Shown here piece by piece: positions 28,271 through 37,690 of a stretch of DNA of 64,000 bases. How positions within the stretch are numbered: the first letter of the stretch is position 1; every line of letters starts with the position of its first letter. Source of the DNA: a virus. The notes beneath the pieces are model-generated. The model worked only from the letters and a program-made list of their open reading frames with translations. It was not told where the DNA came from and made no database searches. The stretch covers positions 35,271-99,270 of the IMG/VR virus record IMGVR_UViG_3300031851_000004. The stretch is one strand, 5' to 3'. The position numbers were made by a program, and so were the translations under genes.

Positions 28271-28789
28271 ATGAAAAAAGACAAAGATTATTTGTTCATA
28301 ATCTATTTTAGTGTAACTATAGACAAGAAACGCTTTTATAAATCATTAATAAATACAGATTCAAAATCAAAGTCTAAAGAAATTTTTTTAAAAAAAATAA
28401 AAAAAGACCTAAAAGGGTTTTTGATAAAAAACATAAGAATTGAAACAATAAAAAAGTCAAAATATAGAGGGAGAAAAATCACAGACAAACAATGGGAAAG
28501 GCTTTTGGGTCTATCCTACCCCAACACCAGACACAAACTTAGTAAAATCCCCAAAAACCAGTGGTTTAAACCGAAAAAACACAAAAGAAGAAATTTCAAT
28601 GGAACCTTCAAAAAAGGTTTCGTTCCTTGGAATAAAGGTTTAAAGCTAAAAGTTTTCAAGAAAGATGAAAACGGGAGATTCATTAGCAGCAGAGATACAC
28701 TTGGAAGGTTCACCAAAGGTATTCAAGTAGCTACTATTGGAGCTAAGTTCACGATAAATGATGAAAAGCTTAAAACTATTAACGAATAA
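28271..28789 (+). CDS. basic protein: unnamed N-terminal domain (paralog of 32873/33941) plus NUMOD3-like motifs
   Basis: IT.K.W...S(Y/F)PN shared with paralogs; GTFKKGFVPWNKG and two GRF repeats. Confidence 0.55.
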   Translation: MKKDKDYLFIIYFSVTIDKKRFYKSLINTDSKSKSKEIFLKKIKKDLKGFLIKNIRIETIKKSKYRGRKITDKQWERLLGLSYPNTRHKLSKIPKNQWFKPKKHKRRNFNGTFKKGFVPWNKGLKLKVFKKDENGRFISSRDTLGRFTKGIQVATIGAKFTINDEKLKTINE

Positions 28790-29150
28790 ATTCAGTTACA
28801 ATTCTATTTTTAATTCCATATATAAAAATTTTCTAAAACATGATTTTAAAAGCTCCAGTATATCTAATATTTCAGTATTTTTCTTAGAAAAATATGAAGT
28901 CATTAAATCGAGCAAGATTAACAATACAGATTCAGAAGACCATTTGTTAGTTTTTAGAGATGATGAAGGTATATTTCAAATAGGAGTATTCAATTCTGAA
29001 TCTAAAGAAATATGCAGAAATGATATAAATATTGAATATTTAGCAAGTTTAAATATTATAAATAGACACAAGCTATCTGAGAAAAATTTAATATCTTTTG
29101 TGTTTTGGGAACTTTTTAAAAATAATATTGAATGTGAGGAAGCAGAATAA
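28758..29150 (+). CDS. hypothetical protein
   Basis: 130-aa ORF overlapping neighbours. Confidence 0.5.
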   Translation: MMKSLKLLTNKFSYNSIFNSIYKNFLKHDFKSSSISNISVFFLEKYEVIKSSKINNTDSEDHLLVFRDDEGIFQIGVFNSESKEICRNDINIEYLASLNIINRHKLSEKNLISFVFWELFKNNIECEEAE

Positions 29151-29697
29151 TCAGCCCAGAAAGCAAGATATCCTTAAATTAAGAAAGGAAGGGCGGACTT
29201 ACAAAGAAATACAGGACGAGCTTGGTTGTTCTAAGTCGGTCATATCATATCACTGTGGAGAAGGTAAGACAGAACAAAAAAGAGTTAAAAAAAGGAATGC
29301 TTCTGAAGGTCATAAGTTATCAAGAAAAGTAAGCGCTTTTAAATGTAGAGCCTCTAAAGATTTGTTTAGGGGAAAATTGAAAACTTTTAAAAGGAGAAAT
29401 CCTAAAAATAGAACTCATACTATAGTTAATAATTTATCTAAAAACTTTACAACGCAAGATGTTTTAGATAAATTTGGAAAAAATCCTGCTTGTTACTTAA
29501 CTGGAACCCCTATAGACTTAAGCAAACCTGAAACATATCACTTTGACCACATCATTCCCGCGTCAAAGGGAGGTACAAATGATTTATCTAATTTACAAAT
29601 TTGTTTAAAAGAAGCAAATAACGCAAAAAGCGATTTAAGTTTAAAAGATCTTTATGATTTGTGTGAAAAAATATTAAAACATAAAAATTCTGCTTGA
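29134..29697 (+). CDS. HNH endonuclease with N-terminal HTH
   Basis: GRTYKEIQDELGCSKSVISYH (HTH); DHIIPASKGGTNDLSNLQ..N (HNH); start chosen at GTG 29134. Confidence 0.85.
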   Translation: MRKQNNQPRKQDILKLRKEGRTYKEIQDELGCSKSVISYHCGEGKTEQKRVKKRNASEGHKLSRKVSAFKCRASKDLFRGKLKTFKRRNPKNRTHTIVNNLSKNFTTQDVLDKFGKNPACYLTGTPIDLSKPETYHFDHIIPASKGGTNDLSNLQICLKEANNAKSDLSLKDLYDLCEKILKHKNSA

Positions 29698-29730
29698 CAA
29701 ATAGTCTATTTCGCCTTATTATATAAGGCT

Positions 29731-30792
29731 ATGAAAGCTCTTTCTTTATTCTCTAATGTAGGTATAGGTGAAATTTATCTTAACAACATAGGGGTAGATT
29801 TAGTTGTAGCGAATGAGCTGCATGAAGATAGGTGCAATTTATACAGAGAAATGCATCCAGAATGCAGTGTTATTTGTGGCGATATAACAAAGGAAGAGGT
29901 TAAGGAAGAGATTTACAACGCGTGTCCTAATGCGGTAGTTGGTGAGGGAATAGATTTAATTATAGCAACCCCTCCGTGCCAAGGCATGAGTGTCGCTAAT
30001 GCAAAAAGATTGCCAGACGATTGTAGGAATTCATTAATAGTGCATGCGATGGATGTTTTTAACGAATTATTACCCGACTACATGTTAATAGAAAATGTTT
30101 CTGGCATGGCTAATACTTTTATCAATAACAACGGAGAGATAGTTAATATAATAAAATATATTGAATCTCAAATCCCAGAACCTTGGGTTTTAAATTGGGA
30201 CATTTTAAATGCGAAAGACTACAACACTCCTCAATCAAGAAAAAGGTTTATAGGTTTAATATCTAGAGATGGCAGATGGAAACATCCAAAACCTAAAGAA
30301 AAAAATATCAGTGTAAGAGATGCAATTGGTCACTTACCTTCGTTGGAGTCTGGTAGATCAAGCGATCACCCTTGGCATTACGCAAAAAAACATAATTCCA
30401 ACCATGTGATTTGGATGAAAAATACTCCAACAGGTCAAACTGCATTTAACAATAAGATTCATTATCCAAAAAAAGATGGGAGAAGAATAAAGGGCTTTAT
30501 GACTACATACAAGAGGATAGATTGGGATAAGCCATCACCTACTGTAACCATGTGCAATGGGGCAATATCAAGCCAAAACAATGTTCACCCTGGAAGGCTA
30601 TTGTCAGATGGAACTTATTCTGATGCGAGGGTTTTATCGGTCATGGAGTTGGCTATTTTATGCGGAATTCCATGTGATTTATTAAATAAATTTAAAAATA
30701 AATATTCAGAAGGGTTTATTAGAAAAGTCCTAGGAGAATGTTTTCCACCTAGAATGTGTTTTGAGATAATAAAAAGTATTAATGAAGATTAG
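29731..30792 (+). CDS. DNA (cytosine-5)-methyltransferase
   Basis: SLFSNVGIGE, TPPCQG, ENV, PQSRKR and R.LS..E motifs; motif I resembles the M.HgaI group. Confidence 0.92.
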   Translation: MKALSLFSNVGIGEIYLNNIGVDLVVANELHEDRCNLYREMHPECSVICGDITKEEVKEEIYNACPNAVVGEGIDLIIATPPCQGMSVANAKRLPDDCRNSLIVHAMDVFNELLPDYMLIENVSGMANTFINNNGEIVNIIKYIESQIPEPWVLNWDILNAKDYNTPQSRKRFIGLISRDGRWKHPKPKEKNISVRDAIGHLPSLESGRSSDHPWHYAKKHNSNHVIWMKNTPTGQTAFNNKIHYPKKDGRRIKGFMTTYKRIDWDKPSPTVTMCNGAISSQNNVHPGRLLSDGTYSDARVLSVMELAILCGIPCDLLNKFKNKYSEGFIRKVLGECFPPRMCFEIIKSINED

Positions 30793-31021
30793 GAAAAAAT
30801 TAAAAAATGCAGAGTTTGAATACGATGAAGAAACCAAAATTTTTACAATTATGGAAGAGGATGGGTTTCATGGTCATATTCAATTAAATAAAGTATATGC
30901 TTTTGCTTTTGTGCGTTTTGTTGTTCGTATGGCTCAAAGAAATTGGTTAAGAAATAAAAAACAACTTGACAAAGACAGTGAAGACGTGTTAGAATGTAGC
31001 GATCAATTAGAAATGTTTTAA
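30782..31021 (+). CDS. hypothetical protein
   Basis: 79-aa coupled ORF. Confidence 0.55.
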   Translation: MKIRKKLKNAEFEYDEETKIFTIMEEDGFHGHIQLNKVYAFAFVRFVVRMAQRNWLRNKKQLDKDSEDVLECSDQLEMF

Positions 31022-31029
31022 ATTAGCCC

Positions 31030-31623
31030 ATGATCTGTCACAAGCACAAATGTATTTTTATACACATTCCTAGAACAGCAGGAACATCAATAGAGCAGTC
31101 CATTAAGCCCGATTGGAGGTTTGGTAACTTTAAAGATGAAAAACATGTTTTAGCAAGCACTGCGAAACATTTATACAAAGATTATTGGAACGATTATTTT
31201 AAATTCTCTTTCGTGAGAAATCCTTGGAGTAGAATGCTATCAATGTCACAATATAAAAACTTTTATGGCTGTATAATAAAAGGCGGAAAGATCGATGTTA
31301 GTAAATATATTCAGCAATATTCAAGCATAGAAGTAGACCCTAGATCAAAAGGTAATATAGAGAACATTAAGCCAATTAAAAATGCAGTTTATTTAAATAT
31401 TCTAAATGAAGAGCTTAATTTTATTGGACGCTTTGAAAACTTACAGGAGGATTACGGCAAAGTCTGTGCGATCATCAACTGCAAAAACAAGCTATTGCAC
31501 AAAGAGGCTCGTAAGGAAAAAAATAAACACTATACTGAATATTACGATGATGAAACAAAGCAAATCGTTGCAGAGCGATATGCAAAAGACATAGAGCATT
31601 TCGGCTATGAATTTGGAGGGTAA
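31030..31623 (+). CDS. sulfotransferase family 2
   Basis: HIPRTAGTSI, VRNPWSRMLS and GRFENLQED motifs. Confidence 0.88.
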   Translation: MICHKHKCIFIHIPRTAGTSIEQSIKPDWRFGNFKDEKHVLASTAKHLYKDYWNDYFKFSFVRNPWSRMLSMSQYKNFYGCIIKGGKIDVSKYIQQYSSIEVDPRSKGNIENIKPIKNAVYLNILNEELNFIGRFENLQEDYGKVCAIINCKNKLLHKEARKEKNKHYTEYYDDETKQIVAERYAKDIEHFGYEFGG

Positions 31624-31655
31624 CATATTCATAAAAATAAAAAGAAAAAAAAGTC

Positions 31656-31684
31656 TTGACAAATATTGAAAAAATTGGTAAGAT
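31656..31684 (+). promoter_or_regulatory. sigma70-type promoter heading the sigma-factor operon
   Basis: A-tract, then TTGACA-17-TAAGAT. Confidence 0.7.
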
Positions 31685-31709
31685 GATTTAATAACAAAAG
31701 AAAGCAAAT

Positions 31710-31919
31710 ATGAATAAAGAAATAAAATTATGTGAATTGGTAAAATCTTCAGAGTATGAAGAATTTTACTACTCTGACTCCGACTTGCCCGTAGAAGAAG
31801 GTGATCCCGTTGGCGTGGATTTAGAATCAGGAGAGGAAGTTAAATTTATATTATTTAACGGAATATATTGGGGGGAAGAAAATGAAGAGAGAGTCTTATC
31901 CAAAACTTTACGAGTATAG
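31710..31919 (+). CDS. small acidic protein
   Basis: 69-aa ORF after promoter. Confidence 0.55.
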   Translation: MNKEIKLCELVKSSEYEEFYYSDSDLPVEEGDPVGVDLESGEEVKFILFNGIYWGEENEERVLSKTLRV

Positions 31920-32136
31920 AATAAAATATAATGCTACAGCCGACACTATAGCTAATGACAGCTACCATTACTTTATGTCTAAGAACGCAGAAGAAGCATT
32001 CGACTACCATTTAACAATGTTAAAAAATAAAGGTTTAATAACTCAAGACATATCAATAGAAAAATTTAATCCATATTCAAATAAATGGGAAGATGAGACA
32101 TTCTTTAATGCAGGTAGTGAAAATACAACAAATTGA
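31882..32136 (+). CDS. hypothetical protein
   Basis: 84-aa overlapping ORF. Confidence 0.55.
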   Translation: MKRESYPKLYEYRIKYNATADTIANDSYHYFMSKNAEEAFDYHLTMLKNKGLITQDISIEKFNPYSNKWEDETFFNAGSENTTN

Positions 32137-32647
32137 CAGAGCTGAATCTTACGACAGCAAGCTAACATTAATTAGCCCTCACTTATTAAAATTTTGCAAA
32201 AGTAGAATATATAACGAGCAAGATGCTGAAGATGTTTGTCAAAAATCAATTTACATTTTGATAGAAAAAAATAAAGAATATAATAAAAATAAAAGTTTTT
32301 GGAGTTGGGCTTGGAAGATTACAAGATTTCAAATAATGGCTTATTTAACTCGAAGAAAAAGAAATAGAGAAGATGTATCAGGGGATTCGTTTTTACATAG
32401 TTTAGAAAAAACTGATCAAAAAATGCCTTTTTCTGATGTTTTAAAATTAGAATTAAAAAAAGAACGTGATGATCTAGTAAAGAAAGCATTTAAAACACTA
32501 TCATTAAAACAACAACATTTTCTTTCATTATCAATGAGCGGTAAAAGTAAAAATTTTATAATGAGACATATGAACATAACAAATGTTAATTATTATTCCC
32601 TCAAAAGGAGGATGTTAAAAAAACTAAAACAACAAATAAACACATGA
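32093..32647 (+). CDS. ECF-type RNA polymerase sigma factor
   Basis: Region 2 DAEDVCQ..F.SW.WKITRF; region 4 LS.KQQ..L; start may be 32108. Confidence 0.85.
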   Translation: MRHSLMQVVKIQQIDRAESYDSKLTLISPHLLKFCKSRIYNEQDAEDVCQKSIYILIEKNKEYNKNKSFWSWAWKITRFQIMAYLTRRKRNREDVSGDSFLHSLEKTDQKMPFSDVLKLELKKERDDLVKKAFKTLSLKQQHFLSLSMSGKSKNFIMRHMNITNVNYYSLKRRMLKKLKQQINT

Positions 32648-32880
32648 AAGAAGTAGACGCGGCAGCTATAGAATATATCATGAATAAGTTTTTACCTTAT
32701 TCAATCGTATTTATATTATTATTTACTATTCTAGAATTAACTGATTTTAGGTTTTGGGTTATAAGCCTTTCAGTAATATTTATAGATAAGTATTCATTTA
32801 AGATAGGTAGATCTGTCGGTGAGTACGAAAACAATCCAGCATTTAGAAACTCTGTTGACGAAACTTTAGACGATGAATAA
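32644..32880 (+). CDS. small two-TM protein (possible anti-sigma)
   Basis: Hydrophobic helices; ATGA overlap with the ECF gene. Confidence 0.55.
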   Translation: MKEVDAAAIEYIMNKFLPYSIVFILLFTILELTDFRFWVISLSVIFIDKYSFKIGRSVGEYENNPAFRNSVDETLDDE

Positions 32881-33283
32881 TTCCAAATTACAATCAAAAT
32901 TTAGGTTAAAAAGGTTTTCATGCGACCAATATTGGAAATTTACCTATACTATATTTAAAAACAAATCAGCCGAAGATATTTTTGTTTCTGTTGTTAAGGC
33001 AAGGTCTTATGATTTCGCTAAATCGATATTAACTCAAAAATTAAAAGAGGACGATCCAAATATAAACGTGAAGAATATTAATGGGTGGATGTTTCATTCA
33101 AATTTTAATTTTAATAGATCTGCAAATAAAAATTTAAATTTAATTAATATAAAAGATTGGCAAGATATAAGAAAATGCAGTTTTCCAAATGAAAATAATT
33201 ATTTATTTAAGTTTCATATTCAGTATATAACGCCTCAAGAAATAATTAAAAGAAACAAAACCAAGATAGAAAATTTTGTATAA
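32873..33283 (+). CDS. unnamed-domain protein (paralog of 33941 N-terminus)
   Basis: DQYW..Y, KA.SY..AK and SFPNENN.LFK shared with 33941. Confidence 0.65.
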   Translation: MNNSKLQSKFRLKRFSCDQYWKFTYTIFKNKSAEDIFVSVVKARSYDFAKSILTQKLKEDDPNINVKNINGWMFHSNFNFNRSANKNLNLINIKDWQDIRKCSFPNENNYLFKFHIQYITPQEIIKRNKTKIENFV

Positions 33284-33963
33284 TGACTGAATCAGAAGAA
33301 AAAAAATTTTATGAATATTTGGCTTTATTCCAGCCAGATATAAAGAAGATAATAGCCTCAAAGAGAAGGAACACGCACCTTATGTCTCTAGATGAAATTG
33401 TTAGTGACTTCAACTATAATTTAATAAGAAAAGACAAGGAGAAGGTGGTTAACTATAGAGACGAAAGATTTGTTGAATTTTCTTTTGAATCTTTTAAATT
33501 TGTAATTTGTTCTTTTATAAAAAATGCAGTTGGCTGGTATCAGTGCAGAAAAGCGCAAGAAAAATATTTAGTAAGGAGGGATAACTCTGAAGTAAAAACA
33601 GAAGAAGGATACAAGAGTACCTTTGAGATGCTTGAAATAACCAAAGGGGTTGAAGACAAGGGTTTTACTTTTGACGACGATCACAAGCATAAATATTTTT
33701 TAAAATTAATTAAAAATTACAGTGACCACTTAACTCCAAACGATGTTGAATTAATACATTTACTATTGAAAGGGTATAATCAAACTACAATAGCTGACGT
33801 TATGAATGTAACACATCAAGCTATAAGTTTTAATGTTATTCAGTTAGAAAAAAAATTAAGGTGCAGAGTCAAGGAAGATTACTTAAAAGATGAATCTTGG
33901 CATAAAATCCCAGAAGGGAAAGAGGCAATAATGAACCTTTTTGAACATGAGAAAAAAACGTAA
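33283..33963 (+). CDS. sigma70-like factor (divergent region 2 plus region 4 HTH)
   Basis: LTPNDVELIHLLLKGYNQTTIADVMNVTHQAIS; paralog of 34975. Confidence 0.65.
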   Translation: MTESEEKKFYEYLALFQPDIKKIIASKRRNTHLMSLDEIVSDFNYNLIRKDKEKVVNYRDERFVEFSFESFKFVICSFIKNAVGWYQCRKAQEKYLVRRDNSEVKTEEGYKSTFEMLEITKGVEDKGFTFDDDHKHKYFLKLIKNYSDHLTPNDVELIHLLLKGYNQTTIADVMNVTHQAISFNVIQLEKKLRCRVKEDYLKDESWHKIPEGKEAIMNLFEHEKKT

Positions 33964-34978
33964 AAAAGTTAATTGTCAAAAGGTCTACAGGAGTACTCTT
34001 TTTGATTTTGATCAATATTGGAATATAAATTATACAGAATGCTATAAAGATGGTTCTGAAAAAGACTTCAAAACCATTATAAAAGCAAATTCTTATAAAA
34101 ATGCCAAAAAGTTTTTAGCAAAAAGATTAGCTGAAGACTCTGTAAAAATAAAGGCGGTACAAGGCTTCATGCTACATGGAAACTATAAAGGCAATAACAA
34201 CAGAAAATTGACCACCAAATCTTGGGAACTAATAAAAGATGCATCATTTCCAAATGAAAATAATTTTTTATTTAAAAAAGAAATAAAGAGAGAAAAGTGG
34301 AAGAGTAATAGGTTTAATGCTACCAATTACAAACACCTCAAAACAATAGGCTTTAAAAGCGGATCTGAAAGCTACTCAACCATACATAGAAAAGGCAAGC
34401 ATTTACCCCTAAGCGAAAGGGTTGGAAAAAAGTGGACGGGAGCAAAATGGGTTAAATGGGACGAAGACGAAATGAGGGAAACAAAAACTCGAATAAGTTC
34501 AGCGCTTATGGCTTGTGATAATAACAGATTTCACACGGCAAAATATTTAAACATAGGAAGAGGTAATTTGTACAAAATGATGAAAAGAATAGAGGGATTG
34601 GAGTGGTGGAACAAGCACTACCCAATAAAAAGACACCCGCCTCCTAGAGTATCTAAAGAAGAAAGGTCTAAGACTCAATCTAGGGTGATGAAGGAATTAA
34701 TGTCCAAAGGTCATGTTCCCTTTTCTAGCTTATCTTCTTCGCAACAAAAAAAAAGATATGAAAATATGTGTGCAACAAAAAGGCAAAAAAAAGAAATAAG
34801 ACTTGCTTTCTGGAAGCCCAAAATAATTAATGCATTAAAATTATGCGAAAATAGCAGAGTAAATGCCGCTTTTTATTTGGGAATAAAAACCTCGCATCTA
34901 AAAAAATTAATGGTAGAAACTAAACCTGATGTTAATTGGGCTAAAGAATTTCCTACAAAATATTTCAAAGTAAAATGA
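33941..34978 (+). CDS. unnamed domain plus two Fis-type HTH motifs
   Basis: ALMACDNNRFHTAKYLNIGRGNLY and ALKLCENSRVNAAFYLGI. Confidence 0.65.
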   Translation: MNMRKKRKKVNCQKVYRSTLFDFDQYWNINYTECYKDGSEKDFKTIIKANSYKNAKKFLAKRLAEDSVKIKAVQGFMLHGNYKGNNNRKLTTKSWELIKDASFPNENNFLFKKEIKREKWKSNRFNATNYKHLKTIGFKSGSESYSTIHRKGKHLPLSERVGKKWTGAKWVKWDEDEMRETKTRISSALMACDNNRFHTAKYLNIGRGNLYKMMKRIEGLEWWNKHYPIKRHPPPRVSKEERSKTQSRVMKELMSKGHVPFSSLSSSQQKKRYENMCATKRQKKEIRLAFWKPKIINALKLCENSRVNAAFYLGIKTSHLKKLMVETKPDVNWAKEFPTKYFKVK

Positions 34979-36123
34979 AGCTTGAAACATCATACGCACC
35001 AGGAACTCTTCATGAATATTTCGACTTAAACGGAACGCCTAAACCAAACAAAGTAAAAAAATCGAAAGAAGAACTCGGTAATGAAAAAATAGAAACTTCT
35101 TTTGAACCCTCTAATGAACAGGTAAATTGTTTTAATAATTGGTTGGAAGATTACCAAGAAGACTTGAAAAAAATTATAGGCAAATATAGATTCACAATCC
35201 ATTCGCTTACTGCCGAAGAGCTTACTAGTGAAATAAACCTTTCTTTGCTTAAAAAAAGGTCAAAATTAATTGAATATATTTCAAATAAAGGGTTTAATCA
35301 GTCTAATTTCAAACATTCTGCTTTTGTTTATGCTAGAAATTTAATTAAGTGGAGTCATTATTCTATAATAAATAAACCCTACCATAAAAGAAGACAAGAT
35401 GGTTATTTCTATGACGGAGAAGAGTGGAAAACTTCTTTTGATGTTGCGGTCGAATCTGAGGGAGAAGTGGATAAAGAAGTTGAAGAGTCTGATGCTAACG
35501 AAAAGCAAGAATATTTATTAAAAATAATAAAAGAGTATTCAAATGTTTTAACCGATAAAGAAAAGTTAGTTTTCTTATATCTAGAGAAAGGTTTAACACA
35601 CATAGAGATTGCTGAAAAACTAAAAGTGACACATCAAATGATATCAATAATTTATATTGAAATTAAAAACAAAATTAAAAATCACTTTGGCAAAATGTCA
35701 TTAAAAGACAATTCTTATGATAAAATATCAAAAGGCAAAGAGGCGGTTGATCAGTTTTTTACAACTTCAAAAGACTCAATAACAGATAAAGACAGAGAAG
35801 ATTTAAAAAAAATACTACACCTTCATCCTTATCAATTTACATCAAAAGCGGTTGCTGAAATCTTTTTCAAAAACAAATATACTTATAGGCAAATAGTATC
35901 TTCTTCGATTCGATTGGGCATTAGTTCTTTTTTAAGAAAAGAACGCCCTGCAAGCCAAAAATTCAACAGAAAAACTGAGGATTTAATACTTGAAATGTTC
36001 TTGAAGGGTTTCTCTTGTGAGGAGGTCTCTAGAAAAACTAATATATCTATTGGGGCGATAAGATCAAAAAGAGGACATCTTGTCAATAAAAATATATTAA
36101 CGAGAATATCGCGTGAAAAATGA
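34975..36123 (+). CDS. sigma70-like factor with extra C-terminal HTH
   Basis: LTDKEK..GLTHIEIAEKLKVTHQMIS; C-terminal GFSCEEVSRKTNISIGAIRS. Confidence 0.65.
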   Translation: MKLETSYAPGTLHEYFDLNGTPKPNKVKKSKEELGNEKIETSFEPSNEQVNCFNNWLEDYQEDLKKIIGKYRFTIHSLTAEELTSEINLSLLKKRSKLIEYISNKGFNQSNFKHSAFVYARNLIKWSHYSIINKPYHKRRQDGYFYDGEEWKTSFDVAVESEGEVDKEVEESDANEKQEYLLKIIKEYSNVLTDKEKLVFLYLEKGLTHIEIAEKLKVTHQMISIIYIEIKNKIKNHFGKMSLKDNSYDKISKGKEAVDQFFTTSKDSITDKDREDLKKILHLHPYQFTSKAVAEIFFKNKYTYRQIVSSSIRLGISSFLRKERPASQKFNRKTEDLILEMFLKGFSCEEVSRKTNISIGAIRSKRGHLVNKNILTRISREK

Positions 36124-36800
36124 TAGAAAAAGTAAAAATCTTAAAGTCTAATTGTCACTACAGAATAGGTGATATAGTTTTCAGACAAGGCTTCCGATGG
36201 GCGGATGATACTGAGTCTATATTATTAAGCCCTAAATATAGAAAAAGTATTTTATTCAAATACCTCAACCATTTCGATCATCCATCTTTAGATCCTTTTA
36301 AAAACGTTGAATTACCCCATCCAAGAGGTATTTTAAATATTAATGTATTAAGGAATTGCGTAAACATGGATTGTAATCCAAAAAACGACACTCTTTATGT
36401 TACGATAAGATGCGGTGATATTGTACAATTACCAGCAGAAGATAGAAGTAATTTTTGGTTATTTAATAAAGACTCTTTGATATCATGCATAAAAAACAAA
36501 TTAAAAAAGAGCCAAATAAGTAAAGTTGAATTTGTATGCACTATGCACTTTGGAGACTTTAAAGAAAAAAAACTTTTTTTATATTCAGAAAAAGACGTAA
36601 ATGAAAATATAAATTTATTAAATAATATATTTTTAAATGTAAAAAAAATAATTGATTGTGATATTGTTAGTAACAAGGCTGATGAAATAGAAAATATAGA
36701 CCATCATTTTTCAACTTTGATAAAAGCTAAAAACGTCATCCTCGATCAAGGAGGATTTTCTAGTGTGGTATCAATTTTAAGATCCCCCTTCCTAACTTGA
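36120..36800 (+). CDS. GT11/fucosyltransferase-like protein
   Basis: YRIGD, IRCGD, D..F..L..AKN and GGFS motifs. Confidence 0.45.
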   Translation: MIEKVKILKSNCHYRIGDIVFRQGFRWADDTESILLSPKYRKSILFKYLNHFDHPSLDPFKNVELPHPRGILNINVLRNCVNMDCNPKNDTLYVTIRCGDIVQLPAEDRSNFWLFNKDSLISCIKNKLKKSQISKVEFVCTMHFGDFKEKKLFLYSEKDVNENINLLNNIFLNVKKIIDCDIVSNKADEIENIDHHFSTLIKAKNVILDQGGFSSVVSILRSPFLT

Positions 36801-36989
36801 AGCAGGTCGCCAATTAACACACCATTTATAACTCTGAACGCCTATTATAGATTCTTTCTTGTTTTCATCTAATTGAGAAACGGCACTTCTTAAATTGGTT
36901 TGCAAAGTATCAATCAGCACTTTAAGCTCAGAATTTTCATTCTCCAACTTTTTGATTTGCATATTTAATTTTTTTTCTTCTTGGTTCAT
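36792..36989 (-). CDS. small coiled-coil protein
   Basis: 65-aa ORF in a gap with no + strand gene. Confidence 0.45.
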   Translation of the reverse strand: MNQEEKKLNMQIKKLENENSELKVLIDTLQTNLRSAVSQLDENKKESIIGVQSYKWCVNWRPASS

Positions 36990-37042
36990 TTTCTATATTA
37001 AATTTACCTTGCAAAACTTCAAAAAATATTTATAATAAAACT

Positions 37043-37336
37043 ATGGATAATACACACAGCACAGAAACTAAGCCAACGTCCGAATGGAGGAAACGAGAAA
37101 TGGGAGCTTTGTGGAAAAAAGAAGGCAAATCCCAACAATTCTATTCAGGATTTTTAAAAATCAATAAAGACACAGATGAAGAGAAAGAAATTAGGGTAGT
37201 AGTCTTCTTAAATAAGATGAAGTCTAATGAAAAGTCTCCCGATCTAATCATGTATGAATCAACTGAGCAAAGTAGTGCTACTTTTATATCTCACGATGAT
37301 GATAACGACAAGATACCCGATAGCTTTATAGATTAA
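37043..37336 (+). CDS. DUF736-like protein (putative ssDNA binding)
   Basis: EMGALWKK..YSG.L..N..K..SPD; acidic tail. Confidence 0.6.
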   Translation: MDNTHSTETKPTSEWRKREMGALWKKEGKSQQFYSGFLKINKDTDEEKEIRVVVFLNKMKSNEKSPDLIMYESTEQSSATFISHDDDNDKIPDSFID

Positions 37337-37395
37337 TTTTTTTTATTTTTTAAAAAAAACTTGACCTCTATTGCGTTTTATGCGATAGTATTGTC

Positions 37396-37689
37396 ATGAA
37401 GAATAAAAAACAAACATATAACAAAGATGGATCTACTAGAAAATCTGGTAGTGGTAGAAAGAGTGGAGCGACTTCCTTTGTTAGGGTCACTTTCGATGAG
37501 TTAAGCGGTTTCATAGGGTCAAAGACTCCTATGTTAGTTAGTAGGGTTTGGTTAGAAAATTTAGGTTTAAATAACTTGGGAGAATCTCAAGACCCCATAT
37601 CAAAACAAAAACCTAAATTAGACTTGACTAAAGAAGATGAGTCTGATAAGATTCTATTTTCACTTAACAAATTCAACGATGAGGAATAA
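37396..37689 (+). CDS. hypothetical protein with AT-hook-like GRKSG motif
   Basis: Leaderless promoter TTGACC-17-GATAGT upstream. Confidence 0.55.
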   Translation: MKNKKQTYNKDGSTRKSGSGRKSGATSFVRVTFDELSGFIGSKTPMLVSRVWLENLGLNNLGESQDPISKQKPKLDLTKEDESDKILFSLNKFNDEE

Positions 37690-37690
37690 T

